From NCBI GenBank assembly GCA_965215195.1, contig CBDCDC010000002.1, positions 256,001 through 320,000 of the forward strand: a stretch of 64,000 nucleotides of DNA, read 5' to 3'. Position 1 is the stretch's first letter; every line of letters begins with the position of its first letter. The translations under genes were made by a program, and so were the position numbers. This stretch comes from Candidatus Latescibacterota bacterium (GTDB lineage: Bacteria > Latescibacterota > UBA2968 > UBA8231). Under the pieces are notes generated by a model that saw only the letters and a program-made list of their open reading frames with translations, searched no databases and was not told the origin of the DNA. Below are positions 17,703-26,789 of this stretch, piece by piece.

Positions 17703-20333
17703 TTACTCTTGCCCAGTGCTGGCGAAGACGCGAATGAACCCCAGCGAGGTGTTGCGATCCTCGGCCGCGAAGTTTTGCTCCTCTAGCTGAAGGCCCGCAT
17801 TTAAGGTTAGTTGGTAGCCCAAATAGGCCGACGTATTGGAGAACAAAATCGAATAGACGCGGCTGGTAAAGTCCTCGGCAAAACCGACTTGTAGCTCGGC
17901 CGGCTGGTCGCGCAAGTTCTCAAACCAACTGAACTCTAGGCCGAGCGCGATCCAAGTCTGTTCGAGGATCGCGTAGCGCGAAATCAAGAACAGGGTTTCC
18001 TCTAGCTCGCGGATATTGGCCTGCGACCGATCGGTGGGAACCTCGCGCCTGAAGGTGCTCTTCCACTTGGGCCAGATGGTCAGGTCCGCGCCGATGGGAA
18101 TGGTGTAGTCGGCTTTGGTGATCAGCCCGAAAAACGAGCGGTCGCGCTTGTCGGCGGCCTGCTCGCCCCGCTGGTTGAAAAGCTCGTGTTTGACCTTGGC
18201 GGTCGCCCTGAAGTTGCGGATGCGGTTGTAGTTGGCCTGCAAATAAACGCTGTTGACGAAAGTGTCTTGGTTGTCGAGCGGATCGGTAAAATCCGTCCGG
18301 CCCGTTGGGTCGATCCACCGCAGGCGGTCTTCTGGGATGTTGTCCGCCACGAATTTGGCGTGCTCAAAGAGCGCGATCCGCAGGCCCGGGTAGTTCCAGC
18401 GCACGGTGAACAAACCGTAGTTGGCCTTGCTCTTGCGCGCCGAGCTTAGCTGGCGCTCGCTCAAGCGGCCGAGGGTTAGCTGGGCGTCCTCGCTGAGCAT
18501 CAGGCCGCCGTAGGCGTTGTAGCCGCGGTGGTCGCGGTCGTAGGGATAGTCGGGCTGGCGGTCGTCTTCAAAGCGGTCGATCAGGGTGTTGTTGTTCATG
18601 TCCATGCCGAAGAGAAAGGCCGGAGGATCGACCTCGTAGCGCAGAAAAGGCTCGTCGTAGTCGGGCCGCGAGTTGCGGTTTTGGTTGAAGTCGGAGACGA
18701 AGTCGTTGTTTTCGTCTAGCCCGGGGAACACTTCTAAGTCGGCACCCACCGACCCGCCCGAAGCGCCCACGCCGGTGCCGAATTGGCCGGCCCGCTGCCA
18801 GTCGGCAAAGCGGTCTTGGTCGTCGTTGTCATCGACGAACTCGAAGAGGTGGAAAATCTCGCTGCTATAGTCGATGCCGCCCAGCGAGTTGGCCATGAAC
18901 GCGGTCGTGCTGTAATCGGGGTCCATTGTGAACATCTCGCCGTAGGCAAACCACGGATAGGTGGTATAAGACGCGGTTATATAACCGGCCTCTCCCTTGT
19001 CTTCGGCGAGGGTGTGGTGCTCTAAGTTTTGGTTGGGGAAGCGCCGGAAGCGCCGGTTGCGCACGAACTCGGCGCGCAGGTCTAGCCCGCCGAGGCTCAG
19101 AATCTCGAAATCCACCCCGATTACATCGCTGCCGGTGGGCAGCCCGTACTCAAAGCGCAAAAACTGCTGGTTCGACCCGTCGGATATTTCGCCTTCGGCT
19201 TGCGCCACGGGCAAGAAGACCGGGTCGCCCAAGCGGTCGGTCTGCACGTTGGACGTGACGTCCACTCGGTAGTCGTTGGCCAGAATCAGCTCGAACTCGA
19301 TTTTGTGCGCCTCCTGATAGGTCGGCACCTTTTCGGTGGGCCGGAAGCTGTTGCGGATGTCGTAGATCAGTTCGATGTTGTCCACGCCCTTGGCCTCTAA
19401 GCTGCCGCCGGTGCGGATCCCGCCGCGCACGATCGGGGTGATTTCCGGGTGAATCTCGCCATCGATCAGCACTCGGTCGAAAAACAGCAGCGCACCCTCG
19501 TCGCTCGACTCGGGCGAATCGTCCGAGATGAGGATCGTCACGGTCTCGACGCTGCCCGTGTTCTGCGGCGTGGTCAAGACGCCCTTGAGCGAATTGTCGC
19601 CCATGTCGAGGGTGCTCCGCGCGTTGTGGGCGCTGACCCACGTCGCCCCCACCTTGGCGAAGTCGCCCACTTGGGCCACGCCCCGGCCGCCGAGCAGGCG
19701 GGTGGAATTTTCCACGAGGGCTGCGGCCTCGGACTGGGTGCCGGCCGGGTTGGCCGGCGAGCTGATGCGCGAGCCGAGGAACGTGAATGCGTACTTGTCG
19801 GAGAGGAAATCCCACTGGATGCCGTTGAAGGTCGGCTTGGAGAAGGTCAGTGGGGTCAGGGTGGTGCGGATGGCGTCGCCTACGGTCAGCGCGGTGTGAA
19901 ACTGGCCCTTGTGCGCAGACGAGATCACCACGCGGTCGAACCAACTGCTGTAGCGCGGGCTTTTGAAGATGCCGCTGCCTTGGCGCAGGGGATTGTTCTC
20001 GGTCCAGTCGTAAATCGTCCAGCCGCGGGCAATGTAGTTGCCGAAGGCATCGTAGTGGCGGTTCCCCTCTAGCTGTATATCGACGTAGCGCTCGTACTCG
20101 TCGCGGGCGTAGTTGCTGTACTCCCAGCCCCGCCAGCCGTATTCGTAGAAGAGGTTTTGCGGCAGGTAGAACTTGCGGCGATTGGGCGCTAGGGCACCGG
20201 GGTGGATTCGCACCCCGTAGATTCCTGGCTCGGCTATGGGCCGATAGCCGGTAGTCAACTGGGCTGAAGTGCTGTCCCAGCCTAGCGCCAGCAACGCGAG
20301 TGCTGCACACAATGCCGATCGAGACAAATACAT
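17703..20333 (-). CDS. ~876-aa secreted probable outer-membrane beta-barrel protein with an acidic Ca-binding-like insert (cluster A)
   Basis: Signal peptide; alternating-residue strands in the C-terminal third; DDNDDQD, GLDENND and DMNNN motifs; colinear paralog of 56749-59361. Confidence 0.6.
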   Translation of the reverse strand: MYLSRSALCAALALLALGWDSTSAQLTTGYRPIAEPGIYGVRIHPGALAPNRRKFYLPQNLFYEYGWRGWEYSNYARDEYERYVDIQLEGNRHYDAFGNYIARGWTIYDWTENNPLRQGSGIFKSPRYSSWFDRVVISSAHKGQFHTALTVGDAIRTTLTPLTFSKPTFNGIQWDFLSDKYAFTFLGSRISSPANPAGTQSEAAALVENSTRLLGGRGVAQVGDFAKVGATWVSAHNARSTLDMGDNSLKGVLTTPQNTGSVETVTILISDDSPESSDEGALLFFDRVLIDGEIHPEITPIVRGGIRTGGSLEAKGVDNIELIYDIRNSFRPTEKVPTYQEAHKIEFELILANDYRVDVTSNVQTDRLGDPVFLPVAQAEGEISDGSNQQFLRFEYGLPTGSDVIGVDFEILSLGGLDLRAEFVRNRRFRRFPNQNLEHHTLAEDKGEAGYITASYTTYPWFAYGEMFTMDPDYSTTAFMANSLGGIDYSSEIFHLFEFVDDNDDQDRFADWQRAGQFGTGVGASGGSVGADLEVFPGLDENNDFVSDFNQNRNSRPDYDEPFLRYEVDPPAFLFGMDMNNNTLIDRFEDDRQPDYPYDRDHRGYNAYGGLMLSEDAQLTLGRLSERQLSSARKSKANYGLFTVRWNYPGLRIALFEHAKFVADNIPEDRLRWIDPTGRTDFTDPLDNQDTFVNSVYLQANYNRIRNFRATAKVKHELFNQRGEQAADKRDRSFFGLITKADYTIPIGADLTIWPKWKSTFRREVPTDRSQANIRELEETLFLISRYAILEQTWIALGLEFSWFENLRDQPAELQVGFAEDFTSRVYSILFSNTSAYLGYQLTLNAGLQLEEQNFAAEDRNTSLGFIRVFASTGQE

Positions 20334-20388
20334 GGGAATACCCCTCCCTCAAGAGGCTTGGCCGAATGGGCTAGGAACTAGCGGTTCG

Positions 20389-22683
20389 TTAGTACGCTAC
20401 GTTGATGACCCGCGTCAGATTCTGGACATCCGCCTGCGCGTCCACCTCAATTCGGCACACGTAAATCCCCGGGGGTACGCGCTGGCCTGCGTCGTCTTCG
20501 CCATTCCACGTATAGACGAGGAAGCCGTCGGTGCTGCGGCCGCCCGCCAACGAGCCGACCTGCCGCCCGTCGAGCGCATAGATAGCGACCGCTAGCGGGG
20601 CGTCGGCCTTTAATAATGCGAAGCGAATATAGGCTTGGTCGCCGATCCCGTCGCCGTTGGGCGTGAGGACCTTGGGCGAAATGGCGACTTTGTCGATCAG
20701 GCTCTCGGACGCGGGCACGGCGGGCAGAAATACCGTGGTGGCCGCCCGCCCGGCCGGATCGACCTGCTGCCAGAATTCCATTTCGTCGGTGTGGCCGACG
20801 AAGGCCGAAAAGAGATAGGGATTGGCGAATACGTTGACTTGCAGGTCGATTTCGACCTCTTGCCGCCGGACGACTTGCGGCAACTCCACTACCAGCGAAT
20901 CGGGCAATAGCACTAGGGAGACCGGCTCAACCTCGGTTCCGGCGACGCGGATGGCCACGCTCTCGGCGGCGGCCTGCGATGGCGTGTTGAGCCGCAGCCG
21001 GTTAAAGCCCTTGTCCCCGGATTTGAAGTCCGGCTGCAACGCGTACGTAAAATTTTCCGGCTCGCCCACTTGGGCCTCGTTTGGGGCGACTTGGCCGAGC
21101 GCACCGTTGAGGAACGAGTCCGTGTAGTTGAGCCGCAGCCCCTTTAGAGTGGGGGCCACCTCTGGGCTGTCCGATTTGAGCAGCACCCTGAACTGCACGT
21201 AGCGCCTCGGGCTGGGCGAGAGAAACTCTTGGCCGGAAAACAAGTACGTATTGCTCCAGCCGCTCCAATCCGCGCTCGGCCGAATGTAGGGCACGATGTC
21301 GCCCTTCCACCGTTTCTTTAGGGCGTTGTATTCGTCCTCGGTCACTTCGTGGCCCTTGCGGTGGTAGTACGTATTGCCCTCGTCGAGGCCGCTGCCCGAG
21401 CGCGTCTGCGCCAAAATTTGCGTTCCCAGGGGCAGATCGGCGTCCCATTCGAGGGTGCGAAAAACCTTGGGGCGGTCTTCTATCTTGAGGAAGTCCGAGC
21501 GCAATTCCACTTCGGCCACATAGCCGGTGGGCACGACGACGGCTTCGGCCATGGCGCCGCTGCTGCTGCCCCCGAAGATCATTTCGAGATGGCGCAGGGG
21601 CCGGTACGGGTGCATGAGATAGGTGATCGGCTCGGGATTGTTCCAATCGCTTGGCGCGGGGAAGTCGAAGAGTACGTCGAAGTCAATGTCGCCGGAGGGC
21701 TTGAGCTCGCCGGCCGAGCCCAGCAGCCGGTGGCGCAAGATGCGCGGCCGACCCCAAGTGGTGGTCTCCTGAAACGCTACGAAGATGACGCGGTTGATCC
21801 AAAAGACCGCGCCCAGATCCCAGCGCCACTGGGCGATGAACTGGCCGGTCTCGCTCCAGTTGAGCTCCTCCCAGAAGGTATTGACATCGCCGTCGATCAT
21901 CTTCGGAGCGCGCTCTTTGCCCTGATCGTCAATTATCCCGCCCCGCGCTGCGGTGCCTTGGGCGATGTTCTGTCCAAACGAGATGACCTCGACCTCTGCG
22001 AGGGCCGCGTCCGCGCTCTTGACGTCGGCTATGATGCGGATGTACTGGGTGGGAGCAAAGGCCGTGGAGGCCTCGGTGCCCTCGGCGGCTTGGCCAAAGC
22101 TCAGCACCCGTTTGGTGGCCTCGCCAAAGGCCACAGGATACGACAACAGGGTCTCTTCGTTGCGCTTGGTCGTGCCGCCGATGAGGTTGAAGAGGAAGAC
22201 ATCGTCGGTGATTGATTGGAACTTGCCGTCGGAGCCAAAGACCCGGAGTGCCCGCAGCGGGCGCGCCCCTTCCTCGTCGGGGAAGTGCAGGCGAATCTCC
22301 TTGACGGCCACCATCCGGCCCAAGTCAATTTCGAGCCACCAATCGCTAAGTTCGTCGTCTTGGCTGGGTTGCCAGTAGGTGGTGATGTCGTCGTCGATGA
22401 TCAAGTGGGCGTCGGCCGCGTTGGACCCGGCCTTCCACACCCCGCCGCGCTGCTCTTTGACCTTCTTTAGTTCGTGCGTGAACAGCGGGGAACTCGGCGC
22501 GGCGTTGAAGGGCTGCTCGAACCGAACCGGCTTGATCGACCCGTCCGCTCGCAGGTCGAGGGTGCCGACCGGGAAAATCCACGTCTCCCACTGGGCCTTG
22601 GTGTTTACTGCAAAGACCTCTTGAGAATGGGCAAAACCCGCCGGCAAAACCAGCGTCAGCAAACTAAGCCATAGTCGGTTCAC
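20389..22683 (-). CDS. Secreted discoidin-like protein with WSxWS motif and FlgD-Ig/CHU_C-like C-terminal domain
   Basis: IDDDITTYW..LEIDLG; WSGWS..SPSPRRYVQF; LTPNGDGIGD..WNGEDDAGQRVPPGIY..VAY. Confidence 0.7.
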   Translation of the reverse strand: MNRLWLSLLTLVLPAGFAHSQEVFAVNTKAQWETWIFPVGTLDLRADGSIKPVRFEQPFNAAPSSPLFTHELKKVKEQRGGVWKAGSNAADAHLIIDDDITTYWQPSQDDELSDWWLEIDLGRMVAVKEIRLHFPDEEGARPLRALRVFGSDGKFQSITDDVFLFNLIGGTTKRNEETLLSYPVAFGEATKRVLSFGQAAEGTEASTAFAPTQYIRIIADVKSADAALAEVEVISFGQNIAQGTAARGGIIDDQGKERAPKMIDGDVNTFWEELNWSETGQFIAQWRWDLGAVFWINRVIFVAFQETTTWGRPRILRHRLLGSAGELKPSGDIDFDVLFDFPAPSDWNNPEPITYLMHPYRPLRHLEMIFGGSSSGAMAEAVVVPTGYVAEVELRSDFLKIEDRPKVFRTLEWDADLPLGTQILAQTRSGSGLDEGNTYYHRKGHEVTEDEYNALKKRWKGDIVPYIRPSADWSGWSNTYLFSGQEFLSPSPRRYVQFRVLLKSDSPEVAPTLKGLRLNYTDSFLNGALGQVAPNEAQVGEPENFTYALQPDFKSGDKGFNRLRLNTPSQAAAESVAIRVAGTEVEPVSLVLLPDSLVVELPQVVRRQEVEIDLQVNVFANPYLFSAFVGHTDEMEFWQQVDPAGRAATTVFLPAVPASESLIDKVAISPKVLTPNGDGIGDQAYIRFALLKADAPLAVAIYALDGRQVGSLAGGRSTDGFLVYTWNGEDDAGQRVPPGIYVCRIEVDAQADVQNLTRVINVAY

Positions 22684-22699
22684 GGCTACCGCTCCTTTC

Positions 22700-24661
22700 T
22701 CAATGCGCTACACCCATGCTGCTAGCGCGCACGAATGTCTCGCGTTCAGTGTGGACTTGGACCACGGCGAGGTACAGCCCCGGCCGGACGATCTGCCCTT
22801 GGCTGTCGCGCCCGTCCCAAGCCACGGCATAAGCACCGCTGGTGCTTTCGGCGTCGAGGACGGTATGCACTCGGCGACCAGCCAAATCGAAAATTTCAAC
22901 GGCGACTGCGACCGGCTTTACCAACTGCAACAGGCTGTAGATTAGCTCTACTTGGTCGTTGATGCCGTCCCCGTTGGGGGTGAAGACCGGGCTGCTCACC
23001 GCCAAGGAGGACACCAACTGGCTGGCCGAAGCGGCCGTCGTCAGCACCCGCAGAGCATTGGTCAGCACTTCCGGGTTGGCGTCTCCGGGCTGCACCCGCT
23101 GGGGTACGCCGCCATCCTCGGCCTGCGAGTCGAAGACCTCGGCCTCGACCGAGGTGCCTTGGACGAAAATCTGTGCATCGAACACGGCGCGCATTCGGTG
23201 AATGCCGATCTCTGGCCGCTGCGAGGGAAAGAAAATGGTCAGGCTACCCAACTCCGCCTGCACGCTATCGGGCGCGACCTCGACCCGGTCTTCTCCGGTG
23301 AAGAACTGCCGAAACACCGGCGTCGATTGGGGGGTGAGGATGCGCAGGGCGTCAAAGCCCGTGTCCGCCTCCTCGATTTGGGCCACGACATCGTAGGCAA
23401 AGGTCGTAAAGTCGCCGGCGGTCACAATGGGCACGTCGCCGGGGGGACGGGGGACGTCTAACTGGGAAATCTCGGCCACCAAGAGCTGGGCCACCGGCGG
23501 GATCGTGTGTTCGACGCGCAGGGATGTGAGCCGCAGGCCATCGAGGATCGCGCCGCTTTCGATCCGCACCTCAAACTGGAAGTAGCGCCTTGGGCTGGGT
23601 AGTTCAATGGGCTGGCCGGACTCGGTGAAGGGCGCCGACCACAGGCTCCAGTTGACTTGATCGTCGTCAATGGGACCGCGCACGCCCTCGTCGAGGGCCT
23701 TGTACTCGCTTTCGGTGACGACCTGCCGCTCGCGGGTAAAAAGGTCGGTGTACTCGTAATAGACCCGGGGATTGTCGTCTAGGCCGGTGCGCATCACCAC
23801 CGTCAAATCGGCGTCAGCGGTTGGCTCGACGACTAGCTCGTCGCCGCTTTGGCGCAGCTTTTCCAGCGTCCATTCCACGCGGCTGAAATTGGCCGGCTCT
23901 CCGAGGTCGATGATTTCCGAACGATAGGAGCCGGCCGGCGCAAACCCCGTGCCGAAGAGCTGGAATTCGGCCAGTTCAAACGGACTGGCCGAAGTGACTT
24001 CTAGTTCGATATAGCGGACGAATTGCAGGGGAAAGTCGATCTGCGCCGTGTTCTCGCGGGTGAAGTCAACGCGCTTGATGGGGGCGTAGATCGGCTCGTC
24101 CCGCTCGTTGAAGCTGGCACCGTCGTTGACCTTGAGCACAAAGCCGCGGATGTAGTCTTCGCTGAACGGCCTTCCCTCCGAGCTGAGGCCCTCCAAGCGC
24201 GGAAAAAACGCGATCCGATTGGCGGGAAAACGGGTTCCCAAGTCAAAGAAAAACTTGGTGCCGTCTTGGGCGATGCCAAAGCGCTTAAACGCGAGGTGGG
24301 TGGAGGTCGTGTCAATGCCATCGACGATCTCCAAGAGGGGACGCACGACCGCTATGTTGTCCCAGATCAGGGCTTGGGCGCGCTCCTCCACGTAGCCAGC
24401 GGGAAACCCATCGACCCAAGTCAGGCTCGGAATGACGTTGTCCTCAGAGGTAAAGGCCACGAGCTGGATGATGCTTGGCACGTTGAAACTCATCGCGGTG
24501 GAGCGCAGCTCGTGCTCCCGCCACGCGGCCCCTTCGTCCCCGCCTACCGTCCACTGGCGGACTTCCCCAGCCGTCGGTCGTGGAGCGAGGACCACAGCGA
24601 CTATACACAGCCCCGCAAGGCGAGAAATTGTCGTGCGCAAGCCCATTGGTTGGAAATCCAT
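22700..24661 (-). CDS. Secreted WSxWS / FlgD-Ig C-terminal domain protein
   Basis: Probable ATG at 24661, just after the upstream stop; WSLWS..PSPRRYFQF; FTPNGDGIND..WDGRDSQG..PGLY. Confidence 0.7.
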   Translation of the reverse strand: MDFQPMGLRTTISRLAGLCIVAVVLAPRPTAGEVRQWTVGGDEGAAWREHELRSTAMSFNVPSIIQLVAFTSEDNVIPSLTWVDGFPAGYVEERAQALIWDNIAVVRPLLEIVDGIDTTSTHLAFKRFGIAQDGTKFFFDLGTRFPANRIAFFPRLEGLSSEGRPFSEDYIRGFVLKVNDGASFNERDEPIYAPIKRVDFTRENTAQIDFPLQFVRYIELEVTSASPFELAEFQLFGTGFAPAGSYRSEIIDLGEPANFSRVEWTLEKLRQSGDELVVEPTADADLTVVMRTGLDDNPRVYYEYTDLFTRERQVVTESEYKALDEGVRGPIDDDQVNWSLWSAPFTESGQPIELPSPRRYFQFEVRIESGAILDGLRLTSLRVEHTIPPVAQLLVAEISQLDVPRPPGDVPIVTAGDFTTFAYDVVAQIEEADTGFDALRILTPQSTPVFRQFFTGEDRVEVAPDSVQAELGSLTIFFPSQRPEIGIHRMRAVFDAQIFVQGTSVEAEVFDSQAEDGGVPQRVQPGDANPEVLTNALRVLTTAASASQLVSSLAVSSPVFTPNGDGINDQVELIYSLLQLVKPVAVAVEIFDLAGRRVHTVLDAESTSGAYAVAWDGRDSQGQIVRPGLYLAVVQVHTERETFVRASSMGVAH

Positions 24662-24663
24662 GC

Positions 24664-26724
24664 TTAGTACGCTACGGCCACCGCCCCGAAGCGCACCACC
24701 CGGCCTCGGTCGGTGTTGGCCCCAATGCGCGCTAGATACACGCCTGGCGCGACGAGCTGATTGGCTTTGTCGCGGCCGTCCCATTGCAGGGCGTGATGCC
24801 CGGCACCCTGTACCCCGCCCGACAGGCTCCTTACCCGCTGCCCGGCCAAAGTCAGCAGCTCGACATCCACTTCGACCGCATCGAGTACGCTGAACAAGGT
24901 GTATTCAATGGCCACTTGGTCGTTGATGGCATCGCCTTGGGGCGTGAAGACCGCGGGCGCGATCACCACTTCGGACAGCACGGATTCAAGAGAGCCTGAA
25001 CGGACTAGTACCCGCAGTTGGTCGGTGCCCAATTCGTCGCTGGCATTGCCGCCTTCAACGCCTTGGGGCAGGGAGTCGCCCTGCCGCGCAAAGACCTCGG
25101 CGCGTAGCTGGTCGGACGCGCCGTACACGGTCGTCTCCAACCGCAACCTAAGCTCGTCGCTGGTGGCCGGCCCGATCATCTGCGGCAAATAGACCGCCAA
25201 GTCGCTCCCTTCGTCGACGATGCTGTCCGGCACTGCGGCTGCCAGCGGGTCGCCCATCTCCAGCCCCAGCACCCGGCCCGCAGAAGGCAGGCCCAACCGC
25301 ACCGCGTCAAAGCCCTGCTGGCCGGCGTCGGAAAACTCGGCGCGCAAGTCGAGGACGAACTCGGTGCGTGCGCCCGCGGGCACTTGTGGCACTTTGCCGT
25401 CGGGGCGCAATTGGTCAACCGCAGCGACCTCGCCCACGATCCGGTCGGCCAGAAGCGGGGAGGTCTCGATGGCGAGCCAATCGAGGCGGGCGAACTCCCA
25501 CAAGGCTTCGGTCTCTAGCTGGATTTGTAGCTGAATATAGCGCCCCTTGGGCACGCGGGGCCGCTGCCCGGAAACCCGGATCGGCGGCGACCAGAAGCTC
25601 CAGTTGTTTACATCGTCGGCAATGACGCCCTGCCAGCCTACGGCCGGCGGATCCCACGGCCACACGCGCGGCTTGAGCTTGGCATAGACATCCTTTTCTA
25701 CTTCTACAGGCTGGGCCAAGTCGTTGTACGAGTGGTAGGCGGTGGGGCTGTCGTCCAACCCGGTTTTGATCTCGATGTTGACTCCGGCCTTGGCGTTGGG
25801 AGCTTCGACCCATTGCTCTCGGTCGCGCCGATAGGTACTCAAGCCGAAGTTCACCGCGCCGATATTGATCAGATCGCCCATGTCGATCACCTGCGATAAC
25901 CAACGCGCCCGGGGGACGAAACCGCGGCCGTAAACCTCTAGCTCGGCCAGCGCATAGCGCGTGAACTTGGGTGGGGCGTCTGGAAGCACCCGCATGCGGA
26001 AGAAGCGCAGGTACTGGAGCGGAAAGTCGATCGCGATAACAGCGTCGAAGTTTTGCTCCACCTTGGCCAACAGTTTATCCAGCGGCAGGTAGTAGTCCGT
26101 CTCCTGCGTACCGGCGACACCCGAGCGGAATTGCGGGGGTAGTTGGGTTTCGACGGCGACCTTGTCGTTGCTGGCCGTCAGTTCGTAGGCTTCGAATTTG
26201 TAGTTGGGTCGATACGGCTCTTGGAAGAAGGGGTCGTTGCCCTCGGGCGGCACCAACTTGAAGCGGTCGGCGGGAATTTGCATGCCCATATCGAGCGTGT
26301 AGAACTCGCCCCAGATGCCCCCTAGTCCGCCGCTGCCCTGAAAGTCGCGCCCCTCGTAAAAAGTGTTGAGATCTCCGTCGATAAATTCCATCGGGTTGGA
26401 GACGTGGCCGGGCCGGGAGACGTCGCCGATTGCCCGCCAGATGCGCGGCATCCCCTCTTGGTAGTTGATGTCGATAGGCTGCCGATAGCGCGTCCAGTGG
26501 CGCAACTGGGTCACCACATTGACGTCGGGCTTGAGTTCGAGTGGTTGGATCGCGCCCGGGGTCGTGGCGTTATCGACCATCAGGTTGACCAGCGTCTGCT
26601 CTTCCCAGTTGAGGCCATCGGCACCGCCGAGGCGGAACTGCGACACTTGCGCTCCAGCCGTGCAGACTTGCGCTACGGCCATGCACGCCGCTGCCAAAAA
26701 GAGCTTGGATTTCATACCAGCCAT
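24664..26724 (-). CDS. Secreted WSxWS / FlgD-Ig C-terminal domain protein
   Basis: Signal peptide; WSFWS..GRYIQL; FTPQGDAIND..WDGRD..PGVY..VAY. Confidence 0.7.
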   Translation of the reverse strand: MAGMKSKLFLAAACMAVAQVCTAGAQVSQFRLGGADGLNWEEQTLVNLMVDNATTPGAIQPLELKPDVNVVTQLRHWTRYRQPIDINYQEGMPRIWRAIGDVSRPGHVSNPMEFIDGDLNTFYEGRDFQGSGGLGGIWGEFYTLDMGMQIPADRFKLVPPEGNDPFFQEPYRPNYKFEAYELTASNDKVAVETQLPPQFRSGVAGTQETDYYLPLDKLLAKVEQNFDAVIAIDFPLQYLRFFRMRVLPDAPPKFTRYALAELEVYGRGFVPRARWLSQVIDMGDLINIGAVNFGLSTYRRDREQWVEAPNAKAGVNIEIKTGLDDSPTAYHSYNDLAQPVEVEKDVYAKLKPRVWPWDPPAVGWQGVIADDVNNWSFWSPPIRVSGQRPRVPKGRYIQLQIQLETEALWEFARLDWLAIETSPLLADRIVGEVAAVDQLRPDGKVPQVPAGARTEFVLDLRAEFSDAGQQGFDAVRLGLPSAGRVLGLEMGDPLAAAVPDSIVDEGSDLAVYLPQMIGPATSDELRLRLETTVYGASDQLRAEVFARQGDSLPQGVEGGNASDELGTDQLRVLVRSGSLESVLSEVVIAPAVFTPQGDAINDQVAIEYTLFSVLDAVEVDVELLTLAGQRVRSLSGGVQGAGHHALQWDGRDKANQLVAPGVYLARIGANTDRGRVVRFGAVAVAY

Positions 26725-26789
26725 CTCCTAAAAACAGAAACATCGCACGGCGAATATAACGCAAAACAGCAGGTGCCTGTCAAATTAAT

